Part shown: in pieces, positions 1 to 8,839 of the stretch
Numbering within the stretch: position 1 is the first letter of the stretch
Layout: each line of letters begins with the position of its first letter
Virus record (IMG/VR): IMGVR_UViG_3300007960_003098
Strand: one strand, 5' to 3'
Source of the DNA: an uncultured virus (IMG/VR IMGVR_UViG_3300007960_003098)
Taxonomy: Duplodnaviria; Heunggongvirae; Uroviricota; Caudoviricetes
Length of the DNA stretch: 20,000 bases
Made by a program: the position numbers and the translations under genes
The notes under the pieces: model-generated
Database searches by the model: none
Told to the model about the DNA's origin: nothing
The model's input: the letters and a program-made list of their open reading frames with translations, nothing else

Positions 1-2
1 TA

Positions 3-902
3 CGTGCTGACGAATTGACTAGTATACGATACTATATCATTAGAAATAAACTAACAAATGTCACCGTAAAAACATGTGACTATGATGCAGGCAAATTTTT
101 ACCGTATTACGCTAAATGGATGAAAGTAGAATGCGAAGACACTTTTGTCAGAAACGCGGCTATGGTAAATGTTGAAGACGATTCTTTCTCATCCGATTTC
201 AATAAAAAGTTCATAAACTTAAATTGGCGGTGGACTCCTCATAGAAACATCATCGCCGCATATCTTGTTAATAGTTCTTCTACTATCAGTTTTTTTTACA
301 AAACTAATTTAGAAAGATTGACTAGCCTGCCGTGGTTTGATTTAAACAATTGTCCAAAAGAATATAAAGATAGAATTTATGAGGGATTATCTACCATAGA
401 TGATAAGGGACCTTTTTGTTTAGACGTACAGTTTGATAATCTAATAGATAGTATTGCAGAACCGTATCCTGTAAACACGACAGTAGACTCATATCTTGAT
501 CCTTCGGTAGAACCCATCACTATCGAAAAATTTTACAAGGACATTTTTTGTGATGTAGTCACAGAATCGAGGTTCGCTCAACCTACAGCAAATTACAGCG
601 AGAAGTCTCATCAACCCATGTGGTATAAAAAACCATTCATTGTGATGGCTCCACCAAAGACATTACAATATCTACGTGAGCAGGGCTTCCAGACATTCAG
701 TGATTTCTGGGACGAGAGCTATGACTTGTGTGAAAATCACCAAGAAAGATTATTTAAAATTTTCGAGGTGATCAAATATATTGAAAGCAAGTCTATAGAA
801 GAATTGCGAGTTATGCATGAAGCCATGAAGCCAGTGCTACTACACAATCATAGCCAGTTAAGAATCAATATCTATGACTGGCTAGGATCTAGTAAAGACT
901 AG
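3..902 (+). CDS. Hypothetical phage protein, possibly glycosyltransferase-like; 5'-truncated by the window edge
   Basis: The frame is open from position 3, with no stop before the TTG at 15. The C-terminal motifs VVTESRF..YSEKSHQP..KKPFI..LREQGFQTFSDFWDESYD recur in large-phage proteins resembling GT10-like 'E..Y.(T/S)EK' sugar transferases. The function is an inference. Confidence 0.6.
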   Translation, partial: RADELTSIRYYIIRNKLTNVTVKTCDYDAGKFLPYYAKWMKVECEDTFVRNAAMVNVEDDSFSSDFNKKFINLNWRWTPHRNIIAAYLVNSSSTISFFYKTNLERLTSLPWFDLNNCPKEYKDRIYEGLSTIDDKGPFCLDVQFDNLIDSIAEPYPVNTTVDSYLDPSVEPITIEKFYKDIFCDVVTESRFAQPTANYSEKSHQPMWYKKPFIVMAPPKTLQYLREQGFQTFSDFWDESYDLCENHQERLFKIFEVIKYIESKSIEELRVMHEAMKPVLLHNHSQLRINIYDWLGSSKD

Positions 903-1224
903 CTATATAATTTTGGTCATGTTTAATAACCTGTTCAATTGTGCATCTTACTTCATGCTTTCTATTTTCAGTGTCGTAAATAATCACAGTTGTGTCAGGT
1001 CTTACTCTGGGTCTAGTGAAAAAGATATTTGGTTCCTTCATTTTACGGATAGACTCCATAGAGCAATTAGTAAAGGGTGCAATGTATGACTGATCATTAC
1101 TTGCCAAGATCAACTTACTAGAAGTAGTGATAGCGAATGCATCGATAGTTTTTGTAGGGATAGATTGATCAGCATATGCAGACAGTGATAGACCCAATGT
1201 GATTACAGCAATTAAAGTTTTCAT
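889..1224 (-). CDS. Secreted/periplasmic hypothetical protein (111 aa)
   Basis: Start reassigned to ATG 1224, which has GGAG just upstream (1231-1234 on the minus strand). MKTLIAVITLGLSLSAYA is a classic signal peptide ending in A-Y-A. Two Cys residues. Confidence 0.75.
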   Translation of the reverse strand: MKTLIAVITLGLSLSAYADQSIPTKTIDAFAITTSSKLILASNDQSYIAPFTNCSMESIRKMKEPNIFFTRPRVRPDTTVIIYDTENRKHEVRCTIEQVIKHDQNYIASLY

Positions 1225-1242
1225 GCGGTTCTCCAAATAGTA

Positions 1243-1278
1243 TTGACATAAAACGTATATACGTTTAATATATTTATA
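1243..1278. promoter_or_regulatory. Divergent promoter region with a 16-bp palindromic operator
   Basis: On + there is TTGACA(1243-1248)-17 bp-TAATAT(1266-1271). The perfect palindrome AAACGTATATACGTTT (1251-1266) lies in the spacer. TATAAATA (T4 late consensus) is on the minus strand at 1271-1278. Confidence 0.65.
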
Positions 1279-1316
1279 CATTATTTGATATATATTAACT
1301 TTTATAGGACAGGACG

Positions 1317-1475
1317 ATGGCCAAGAAAGAAAAGAATGACCAACTGTTGATTAAGATCAACAAGGATACCAAGAAGAAGTTTATCTCCCTATGCGAAGCA
1401 GAAGACACTTCAGCTAGCAGGGAAGTCAGGAAATTTGTGGAAAATTACATCACAGAACGGCAGAAATCTGGGTAA
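1317..1475 (+). CDS. Ribbon-helix-helix (CopG/Arc/MetJ-like) DNA-binding protein, 52 aa; not in the ORF track
   Basis: Hand translation: MAKKEKNDQLLIKINKDTKKKFISLCEAEDTSASREVRKFVENYITERQKSG. It has a beta strand (QLLIKI), a helix, a turn (EDTS) and a second helix (ASREVRKFVENY). AGGA lies upstream. Confidence 0.8.
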   Translation: MAKKEKNDQLLIKINKDTKKKFISLCEAEDTSASREVRKFVENYITERQKSG

Positions 1476-1480
1476 AATGA

Positions 1481-1573
1481 CGTAAGTTGTTGATTCCTCT
1501 AGGCGAAAAATTTGAAAAAAGTGGATAAAAATGGATAAAAAGGCTTGACATTTACCCAAATATCCAGTAATAT
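1481..1573 (+). promoter_or_regulatory. Strong sigma70 (early-type) promoter with phased A-tracts and an upstream IHF-consensus site; copy 1 of a dispersed repeat
   Basis: TTGACA(1545-1550)-17-TAATAT(1568-1573). TAAGTTGTTGATT (1483-1495) is the reverse complement of a WATCAANNNNTTR match. The 36 bp at 1527-1562 are identical to 18649-18684. Confidence 0.85.
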
Positions 1574-1605
1574 ATACATATTGACACTGACACAGAGGTA
1601 AAAAT

Positions 1606-2019
1606 ATGTACTACATCATTGATAAAACAGATAACGGAATCCACAGAGAGCCTAGAAAATCTTCTTGGCAATCTACCGTTTATAAAACTAAAGGTGCCGC
1701 TAAAGCAGGCATCACCCGTACTATTAAGTACTATCAAAAGGCTATCGATCAGGTAGCAGAATATGTTGCTCAAGGCAAGCCTGATTATCATGCTCCAATG
1801 TACAACGCATATCGTTATGCCACTGAAGCGCATTTTGGTATGGTGCACAAGCAATTTGCATCTAGTTACGAAATCGTCCACGTTGACGAGTACGTAGAGC
1901 CCATGATTACTAGAACCGGTATTGCACCCGGTACTGGTAAGCAAATCACTATCACATTGCCACTGAGTGAAGTAGGTAGTTGCTGTGACCCATTGACTGA
2001 ACGTTACTGGAGCATGTAA
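1606..2019 (+). CDS. Hypothetical early phage protein
   Basis: GAGG SD before the ATG. It is the first gene after the promoter and ends in CCDPLTERYWSM. Confidence 0.8.
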   Translation: MYYIIDKTDNGIHREPRKSSWQSTVYKTKGAAKAGITRTIKYYQKAIDQVAEYVAQGKPDYHAPMYNAYRYATEAHFGMVHKQFASSYEIVHVDEYVEPMITRTGIAPGTGKQITITLPLSEVGSCCDPLTERYWSM

Positions 2020-2255
2020 TGGAACGTAATACTACTCAGTACAAAGGCAAGTATTATCCAAGCTGGCATGGTAGCCCCTTCGACCGAGGTTCTGCTGACA
2101 GCTACTATCAACGAGGAGAAGACCCTCACTATTGGCCCGAGGGTACTTACAAAGGCTTGAGAGTCGAAGCTAATGAAATGACTCCTGAAGAAATCGAAGC
2201 ATATAATGCAGGGTTTCAATGGAACGAGTCCATGCAAAACTTTAAAGAGTGGTAA
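2019..2255 (+). CDS. Conserved phage hypothetical protein (HGSPFDRGSADSYY motif)
   Basis: TAATG stop/start overlap and a GGAG SD. The motif is typical of small large-phage proteins. Confidence 0.8.
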   Translation: MERNTTQYKGKYYPSWHGSPFDRGSADSYYQRGEDPHYWPEGTYKGLRVEANEMTPEEIEAYNAGFQWNESMQNFKEW

Positions 2256-2262
2256 GATTATT

Positions 2263-2946
2263 ATGAAAACTTCTCGTTACGCCAAGTTTGATTTTTCTGC
2301 TAATGATGTCTGGGCCGCGGCTTGCAAAGCCCAGCGTCTTAATCGTGAATATATCAAAACCGTTCCTTATGAGTCTAAAAAGGAAACCAACAAAGACCTG
2401 ATGTTGCGTTTCCTCGAGGATCCAAAGAACCGTTTGACTCTCAAGGATCGTAACGAGGGTGTCAAGATCCAGCAGTACTTCAAGGGCTACATGTTCAAGA
2501 AGTTGAGCGGTGCTTACATGTCTGACTTTGATCAAACTGCATGTGAGGTAGCGGACACTGATGTTGTCACTACTGCATTTCAATTCGGTGTTATCGCATC
2601 TTTGCCTAGCGTGTATGCTAAAGCAATCGTCCGTGACGAGCAGAATCGCAAGATCCGTAGCCTCAAGAACAGTAACTTGCTAGGCAAGATTGGTGACAAA
2701 GTAGAGATCGACTTTGAAGTAATCAAGTCTATCTACTCTCAAAAGTGGGGAGTATACTACACTACAGGTGTCACCCCCAATTGCGAAGTTGTATACTTTG
2801 CTAGCGCCAAGCTAAATCCAAAGCCCGGTTCACTGTTAAAAATTAAGGGAACTGTTAAGCAACACCGTATCAATGATGTTGAGGGTAATCAGACCCAACT
2901 TAACAGAGTTAAAGTAATTACAAACCTAACCAAGGAGAAAAATTGA
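2263..2946 (+). CDS. Hypothetical protein with a C-terminal OB-fold-like (nucleic-acid-binding) domain
   Basis: Start reassigned to ATG 2263 (MKTSRY), just after the upstream stop. The C-terminal G.IGDKV.....V...G..LKIKGTVKQH....QTQLNRVK beta pattern suggests an OB fold (inference). Confidence 0.7.
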   Translation: MKTSRYAKFDFSANDVWAAACKAQRLNREYIKTVPYESKKETNKDLMLRFLEDPKNRLTLKDRNEGVKIQQYFKGYMFKKLSGAYMSDFDQTACEVADTDVVTTAFQFGVIASLPSVYAKAIVRDEQNRKIRSLKNSNLLGKIGDKVEIDFEVIKSIYSQKWGVYYTTGVTPNCEVVYFASAKLNPKPGSLLKIKGTVKQHRINDVEGNQTQLNRVKVITNLTKEKN

Positions 2947-3107
2947 AAAACTTAATAATTGGTTTTATTTTGGGCTACCTTACATTCGCATTTGTTCAGG
3001 GTGGTGTTGATAGTGTAGCATACCATATAGGGTGGGCGTTTGCTGAGATTCAACGATTGTTTGAATCATTAGTACTTTGGATACAAAACTACACACCCCA
3101 AAGTTAA
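2943..3107 (+). CDS. Small membrane protein (54 aa); not in the ORF track
   Basis: AAGGAG (2932-2937) precedes a TTG start overlapping the upstream TGA. MKNLIIGFILGYLTFAFVQGG... gives a hydrophobic N-terminus. Confidence 0.7.
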   Translation: MKNLIIGFILGYLTFAFVQGGVDSVAYHIGWAFAEIQRLFESLVLWIQNYTPQS

Positions 3108-3109
3108 TC

Positions 3110-3144
3110 TGAGGCTTGACTTTAGCCTCGTTTTTGTTTATAAT
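3110..3144 (+). promoter_or_regulatory. sigma70 promoter for the ligase gene, overlapping a terminator-like hairpin
   Basis: TTGACT(3116-3121)-17-TATAAT(3139-3144). The GAGGCT/AGCCTC stem (3111-3129) is followed by GTTTTTGTTT. Confidence 0.7.
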
Positions 3145-3167
3145 AATGTTTTACATTAGGAGTTCTT

Positions 3168-4517
3168 ATGTCTGCAAGCTGGATCAAATCGTTACAAGAA
3201 AGTGACTCTAGGCTTCACAAAGAAGAAGTGCTACGCAAAGCACTTGCCGCTAGCAAGCTGGGCAGTGAAAACGCAGACACGTTCTTGACCCTAGCAGGCA
3301 TGTGTTACAATCCTTATGTCACGTTTGGCGTACGCAAAGTATCTAATATCGAAACTTCTACTTCTCAAGAAAATCCTTGGGAAGACTTCAAAGAACTGCT
3401 AGACACATTAGATCACAGGCTAGTGACTGGCAACGCCGCACTTGATGCGGTTGCTGAAATGTCTGCTAGATTCTCAGTAGACGAGTGGAACAACTTCTGT
3501 GCCCCTGTCATTCGCAGAGACTTACGAGCAGGTGTTTCTGTCACAACTCTCAACAAGATTCTAAAAGGAACCGATTACGTTATCCCAGTGTTTGGTTGTC
3601 AACTGGCAACTAACTCTGAGGGCAGACCTGAAATGTCAGGTGTAAAACGTATCGAACCCAAACTTGATGGTGTGCGTGTTATCATGGAAGTAGTCAAAAA
3701 GATGTCTGGCTACGCTATCACTTGCTACTCACGTAACGGCAAAGAGTTTGAGAACTTTGGTCACATCACTGGTCAGATTAGTGAATACGCAGGTAAGATG
3801 ATCTCACTCATGGGTCCTTCTATCGGCAACATGGGTAATGGATTTGTCCTAGATGGTGAAGTGATCGGTAACACATTCCAAGAACTGATGCGTCAAGCAC
3901 GTAGAAAAGAAAACGTACAGGCTACAGATTCAGTATTCAATATTTTTGATATCATGCCCCTCAGTGATTTCCGTGAGGGTCATTGCAATGCACAATTGCG
4001 TAAGCGTATCGCAGTATTAGAGAACATAAGACCTCTAATCGACATGATGCCCAATGTAGAACTTTTACCCCATGTTAATATCGACTTAGATACTGAAGAG
4101 GGTAAGAGCGAACTTCAACGTTATGCCAATGCTCAAGTAGAAGCTGGCTTTGAAGGGATCATGATCAAAGAATTAGAGGCACCCTATGAGTGTAAGCGTA
4201 ACACTTTCTGGATGAAGTGGAAGCCTACAGCGACATTTGATCTGAAGGTCATAGCACTAGAAGAAGGTACTGGACGCAACAAGGGACGGTTGGGCGCACT
4301 TGTATGCCAAGGTGTAGATGACGGTAAAAACATCACTGTCAATGTCGGCAGCGGATTCAGCGATAATGATAGGGACACATTATGGGCTGATCATGTAGAA
4401 CTTGATTGCGTAGTGGGTAAGACTGCCGAAGTGTTGTGTGATGCTGTCACACAGAACCAAGATGGAACATACAGCCTCAGATTTCCTAGGTTCGTTCGTT
4501 TCCGTGATGATAAGTAA
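3168..4517 (+). CDS. lig: ATP-dependent DNA ligase
   Basis: Nucleotidyltransferase motifs: I EPKLDGVR, III LDGEV, IIIa FDI, IV EGIMIK, V WMKWK, OB-domain VGSGFSD and VI LRFPRF. AGGAG SD. Confidence 0.97.
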   Translation: MSASWIKSLQESDSRLHKEEVLRKALAASKLGSENADTFLTLAGMCYNPYVTFGVRKVSNIETSTSQENPWEDFKELLDTLDHRLVTGNAALDAVAEMSARFSVDEWNNFCAPVIRRDLRAGVSVTTLNKILKGTDYVIPVFGCQLATNSEGRPEMSGVKRIEPKLDGVRVIMEVVKKMSGYAITCYSRNGKEFENFGHITGQISEYAGKMISLMGPSIGNMGNGFVLDGEVIGNTFQELMRQARRKENVQATDSVFNIFDIMPLSDFREGHCNAQLRKRIAVLENIRPLIDMMPNVELLPHVNIDLDTEEGKSELQRYANAQVEAGFEGIMIKELEAPYECKRNTFWMKWKPTATFDLKVIALEEGTGRNKGRLGALVCQGVDDGKNITVNVGSGFSDNDRDTLWADHVELDCVVGKTAEVLCDAVTQNQDGTYSLRFPRFVRFRDDK

Positions 4518-4558
4518 TACTATGAGAGTAGATAGAATACAAGAAGCGGACAGACATA

Positions 4559-5371
4559 ATGACTGGTTATAGTTTATCGTTTATTGCAGGATCATCAGGA
4601 AGGTTTTTATCAAATATAACTTATTCACTTTTAAACAACTTGAAAGAAGATATTGATTATTGCGAAGTAAATTCTGCTCATAATACAAACCTATTCAAAT
4701 CCAACATAGACCTTTCAACTATTCCAGACATAAATTTTAGAGCGAAAATTCATCATCTAAGGCTTTTTAGGTACCTTCATTTTTTGCCCACTGAGTATGT
4801 TCCTGTATTACCTACTCATTCTTACCCCATCAGCCAAGATTTAGATTTAAACCCATACTCAAATACCTTTAAGATGATAGTAATAGGTATTAAAGAAGAT
4901 GACCTTATTGAAATAAACACGAACTATGTTCTTAAAAATCTTCATCGCATCATTAATCGTTATATAAGAAATGGGTGTCAAGATTCTATCGAAGACATAT
5001 ATTTGCAGGAAACGCTCAAATTACTAGCAGAATTTAAAATAAATTTTTTAAGTTTGCATAAAAAAGAAGTTATTGAAAAATTTGCAAGGCTACATAGTAT
5101 CAAACAACTTAAATCAAGTTATATTGGATTTATTGAACCGAAAATTAATCCAAAATACGTTGACAAAACACTAGTGATATATTACAATGAACTGTTTGAA
5201 AAAACAAATACAGGGTATAAAGGTCTAGACATGTTGTGTGAATGGTTGAATGTATCACCTTCAAACGAAGTTATAAACAATTACACAAGATATGTTTCGG
5301 GACGAGAATCTTTATTACAAAAATTTGAATTTTTAACTAAAAGGAGAAAATTATGCATGACGGTTTGTTGA
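4559..5371 (+). CDS. AT-rich hypothetical protein, possibly of the sulfotransferase-like P-loop fold
   Basis: 270-aa ORF. The N-terminal beta strand followed by AGSSGRFLSNI, the internal THSYP and the late I.YNELF pattern resemble variable phage sulfotransferase-like proteins. The function is weakly supported. Confidence 0.6.
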   Translation: MTGYSLSFIAGSSGRFLSNITYSLLNNLKEDIDYCEVNSAHNTNLFKSNIDLSTIPDINFRAKIHHLRLFRYLHFLPTEYVPVLPTHSYPISQDLDLNPYSNTFKMIVIGIKEDDLIEINTNYVLKNLHRIINRYIRNGCQDSIEDIYLQETLKLLAEFKINFLSLHKKEVIEKFARLHSIKQLKSSYIGFIEPKINPKYVDKTLVIYYNELFEKTNTGYKGLDMLCEWLNVSPSNEVINNYTRYVSGRESLLQKFEFLTKRRKLCMTVC

Positions 5372-5502
5372 TAAATCTTTTTCAAATAAACGAACAACCA
5401 GAAACAGATCCAAACGAAGATATTGACACTGAGAACGGACAGTGTTGCTGTGGTGAATACGATTGTAAAGATTCGTATGTTCACTGGACATCAGGGTATT
5501 GA
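5353..5502 (+). CDS. Small acidic Cys/His protein (49 aa), putative Zn-binding; not in the ORF track
   Basis: AAGGAG SD at 5341-5346. Translation: MHDGLLINLFQINEQPETDPNEDIDTENGQCCCGEYDCKDSYVHWTSGY. Confidence 0.75.
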   Translation: MHDGLLINLFQINEQPETDPNEDIDTENGQCCCGEYDCKDSYVHWTSGY

Positions 5503-5504
5503 CC

Positions 5505-5777
5505 ATGGCTAGGATCATTCGTAGCGAATGGCATCAGCTAGAACGTAGATACTCTGTTGAAGTAGATAGGCGCTTGCTAAAGCAAGTGTATCCTATGTAT
5601 AACGAAAATCAAATAAATGAAATGTATGTTTCTATCATGTCTGGTAACACAGATGTAAAAGAAATCATGGATGATGCTGAAGGATTAGATATAGTCTGGG
5701 CATATGATGGTGATGATCTTTGGACTGATAGGAAGGGTGGTTATGATACCACATATGAACTAAGTGTAGAAGACTAA
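5505..5777 (+). CDS. Hypothetical protein (EWH...WxDRKG family), paralog of 16561-16842
   Basis: ATG 5505 (MARIIRSEWH). Shares the terminal motifs EWH and W(T/S)DRKG..xxYE with 16561-16842. Confidence 0.8.
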   Translation: MARIIRSEWHQLERRYSVEVDRRLLKQVYPMYNENQINEMYVSIMSGNTDVKEIMDDAEGLDIVWAYDGDDLWTDRKGGYDTTYELSVED

Positions 5778-6031
5778 TGGATATTAATTATAATTGGCCC
5801 GAAGATTGGCAAAAAGTGGTACCTGAAAATTTGTTAGGTGCCAAGCATACCTTTTCTGACAATGACTCTATAGAGATCGTAGCAGTAAAACTAAGAGACT
5901 TTGATGGTGGTATCTCACCTTTTATCTCTTATCAGGTACAGCAAGGACCCGGCATTCCAAGGAAACTTGTGATGGAGTTTAACGAGTTTATTAGAACATA
6001 CGGACATTTGTTTCCAGATGTTTTCAAATAG
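5777..6031 (+). CDS. Hypothetical phage protein
   Basis: TAATG coupling to the upstream gene; 84-aa ORF. Confidence 0.75.
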   Translation: MDINYNWPEDWQKVVPENLLGAKHTFSDNDSIEIVAVKLRDFDGGISPFISYQVQQGPGIPRKLVMEFNEFIRTYGHLFPDVFK

Positions 6032-6092
6032 CAGACTTTAATGGCTCAGGGGAACTAAATACATGTATGAATAAAAGGAAACTTATACCCCT

Positions 6093-8027
6093 ATGTTTTT
6101 AGCATATCTCACATTGATTACTGCACTGACTATCAGTGCCGTAGCCATTTATTATTCGGTATCAGGTCTTGCGGCAATCTTTGCCGCGGCGGTGATTCCT
6201 ATCATCATTATGGGCGGTGTCTTAGAGACAGCAAAGCTAGTAACAGCGGTCTGGTTACACAGATACTGGACTGAAGCCAAATGGTGGTTAAAGACGTATC
6301 TTAGCATTGCAGTTGCGGTATTGATGTTTATCACATCTATGGGTATTTTTGGATTCTTATCTAAGGCCCACATCGAACAAACAAGTTTAAGCACAGAACA
6401 AACTGCACAGATCGAAGCACTAGACGAAAACTTGGCACGTAGCCAATCTAGAGTAGATAGATGGAATGAAGAATTAACACGACTACTAAGCGGCGGTGCT
6501 GGTTTCCGTGTAGACGGCTTGCTACAAAGCAACCAAACTGAATTAAATAATCTGTACGACAGAATTGATACAGAAAAGAATAGAGAGCGTGAACTAGCGC
6601 AGACGCAGATAGAACAACAGAACCAGCGTGTAGCACAAGCAATTGAACGCAGAGATTCTGCCCTAGCAACATTAGGATCCAGACCTACTATAGGTGGTAA
6701 CAGTTGGGACACTAGAGAAAAATCTATTAGAGATGCCGAAGTAAGTGTGTCTGCGGCTGCACAACGTGAGATTAGAAGTATCAACAGCAATCTTAATACT
6801 AAGTTGGCTGAGATTGACCGTAGATATCAACCACAGATCGAACAGTTGACACAACGAATCGACGGGTTACGTAACGACACTACTGAGAAGACAGACGATG
6901 TAGACGCACGTATTAATGAACTAGAAGGTTTCGTTGAAGAAGAACAAACTAAGATGTCTACTGTACGTGAAGAAAAAGCAGTGTTAGAATCACAGTACAG
7001 AATGTTAGAGGCAGAAGTAGGACCCATTAAATACATCGCTGAGTTTATTTATGGCGAAGAAGCAGACAACAATCTTTTAGAAGAAGCAGTACGTTGGGTC
7101 ATCATTGTAATTATCTTTGTATTTGATCCTCTTGCTGTATTGTTATTGATTGCATCGCAGTACACATTTGAATTCCACAGAAAAGAATTTGGTATATTTG
7201 GATACAAAAAAGATCCTGAGCCAGAACCCGAGGACGACCCCGAATCAAAAAAGATTGAGCCAGAACCTGATACCTCTGAGGACGATTGGCCTACACCAGA
7301 TACAGGTGCATTTGGTCCGCCCACTAGCCCTGAAAAACCATTTGAAGGGCCTTTAAGATCAGGAGAAGCACCATATAATTACAATTTAAGAGAAGCAATA
7401 GAATCTATTCCAAACAACGATCCCGATGTTGATTGGGGATTTCTAAAACCTTCAATTGAAGAAGCACGCCAAGCAATCAAGAATTGGGAAGAAAGCAAAA
7501 AATTGCTCGGTGTCAAAGAGGAAGTCTCGGATGAAAATATTCCGGTGAGTGAGTCGGAGCCCGAGCCTGAGCCAGAAGTTGATATACAAGAATTTTTAGA
7601 TAAAGGATTGGTACCTACAGACGGTAAAACATATCAACGAGTTTTAGGTTCTGACTACATTATCGACTTAGAAGGCAAGTCAATTCATCAAGATGCGCTA
7701 AAACAACAGCACCCTGATCTATTCTTAAAGGCTGATGACGGTAAATCTGTTAATACCAGCTTTGGAACCGACTTCCCATTTATAGCAACAAAGGGTGATA
7801 TCTTTGTAAGAGTAGACCAGATGCCAAATCGTGTCTACAAATTCATGGGTCACAAATGGATCGAAGTAGAGAAAGAAAAATCTGACTCTTATCTATTTGA
7901 CGAAGAATACATCAAGCACTTGATCGCTAGGATCGAAACAGGCGAGTACGATATTGATCTGCTGTCCGACAAAGAGAAGGCTCAGATCGAAGACTATCTA
8001 CAAGCTAATCAACCCTCAAACGGGTAA
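6093..8027 (+). CDS. Membrane-anchored long coiled-coil protein with an acidic Pro/Glu-rich C-terminal region
   Basis: About three N-terminal hydrophobic helices, roughly 200 aa of heptad-rich sequence, a further TM segment (WVIIVIIFVFDPLAVLLLIAS) and PEPEPE repeats. Confidence 0.8.
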   Translation: MFLAYLTLITALTISAVAIYYSVSGLAAIFAAAVIPIIIMGGVLETAKLVTAVWLHRYWTEAKWWLKTYLSIAVAVLMFITSMGIFGFLSKAHIEQTSLSTEQTAQIEALDENLARSQSRVDRWNEELTRLLSGGAGFRVDGLLQSNQTELNNLYDRIDTEKNRERELAQTQIEQQNQRVAQAIERRDSALATLGSRPTIGGNSWDTREKSIRDAEVSVSAAAQREIRSINSNLNTKLAEIDRRYQPQIEQLTQRIDGLRNDTTEKTDDVDARINELEGFVEEEQTKMSTVREEKAVLESQYRMLEAEVGPIKYIAEFIYGEEADNNLLEEAVRWVIIVIIFVFDPLAVLLLIASQYTFEFHRKEFGIFGYKKDPEPEPEDDPESKKIEPEPDTSEDDWPTPDTGAFGPPTSPEKPFEGPLRSGEAPYNYNLREAIESIPNNDPDVDWGFLKPSIEEARQAIKNWEESKKLLGVKEEVSDENIPVSESEPEPEPEVDIQEFLDKGLVPTDGKTYQRVLGSDYIIDLEGKSIHQDALKQQHPDLFLKADDGKSVNTSFGTDFPFIATKGDIFVRVDQMPNRVYKFMGHKWIEVEKEKSDSYLFDEEYIKHLIARIETGEYDIDLLSDKEKAQIEDYLQANQPSNG

Positions 8028-8039
8028 GATGTTACCCAA

Positions 8040-8073
8040 TTTACTTGATTTATCTTTCTGACTATAATACAAT
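8040..8073 (+). promoter_or_regulatory. Putative sigma70 promoter
   Basis: TTGATT(8045-8050)-17-TACAAT(8068-8073). An alternative is TTTACT(8040-8045)-17-TATAAT(8063-8068). Confidence 0.5.
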
Positions 8074-8113
8074 TTGTATTGTAAGTTAAATTATATCCAA
8101 GTTAGGAGGATAA

Positions 8114-8839
8114 ATGAAAGTTAATCAGTTGACGGCAGTTGCCCTAGTTGTAGCATCAGTTACGATGACCGGTTGCACTATGTTTGGTAAGAAAGCAGAA
8201 GAGGTAAACGTACCCAAAACTGAAGCGATTACTAGACAAAAACTCAGTACGTTTTTTGAAGACGACGGTATCAAAGTCAATTGGGAGTGTATCGACCGCA
8301 ATAATTGGACTCTTGGTATAACGTGTGCTGAGTCACAAATTGAATCTATTGAGGCTACTGTAACTGTACCGGCAAACGGCGGAACCAATTTCAATGGGTT
8401 CAGTTCATTCCAAGTAGGTCAACTAGAATCGCAAGGCATGATTTCTAGATTTATTAATGAAGAAATTACTACTGAACGGGTAGTCGATCTTATGGTAAAA
8501 AATGTTGAGAAGGCTGATGATACGTATCGCAATCCTATTGCAGGTACAGGTGTTGCTACACCGGGTCTTAGACTCCCCTCAGTCGTAGCACTGTCTAGCG
8601 GAGGTGAACCCGCTATGAATGACACTAGCACACCCAACATGAACTTTGCTGTCCGCTCTAATGTAAATGATACTGTGCGTAATTTGCAAACACAAGTGCG
8701 AGGATCATCGCAATCTATTCAACGAGGAATCGTTTTTCAAGTAGATAAAAAAGATGATCAGTTGCTACAGGTGACTGCCATTTGGCGCAGAGACAGAGCA
8801 GAAAATATTCAAAAGAAAATTTCCCCGTACTTTCAGTAA
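8114..8839 (+). CDS. Lipoprotein (LPP20-like)
   Basis: AGGAGG SD. Signal peptide with lipobox MKVNQLTAVALVVASVTMTG|C. Confidence 0.75.
   Translation: MKVNQLTAVALVVASVTMTGCTMFGKKAEEVNVPKTEAITRQKLSTFFEDDGIKVNWECIDRNNWTLGITCAESQIESIEATVTVPANGGTNFNGFSSFQVGQLESQGMISRFINEEITTERVVDLMVKNVEKADDTYRNPIAGTGVATPGLRLPSVVALSSGGEPAMNDTSTPNMNFAVRSNVNDTVRNLQTQVRGSSQSIQRGIVFQVDKKDDQLLQVTAIWRRDRAENIQKKISPYFQ

Noticed and set aside
1552..2583. Minus-strand ORFs 1552-1944, 2004-2237 and 2242-2583
   Set aside because: They are shadows of the SD-led plus-strand operon behind a strong promoter.
6152..7356. Several antisense or alternative-frame ORFs inside the 644-aa gene, and likewise inside lig, hsp20 and the 8114, 8840, 13997 and 15592 genes
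   Set aside because: They are fully nested in well-supported genes and have no SD or recognisable motifs.
6093..8027. Tape measure protein or SMC ATPase
   Set aside because: There are no Walker motifs, and the TM-coil-TM-acidic layout and gene context do not fit a tail module.
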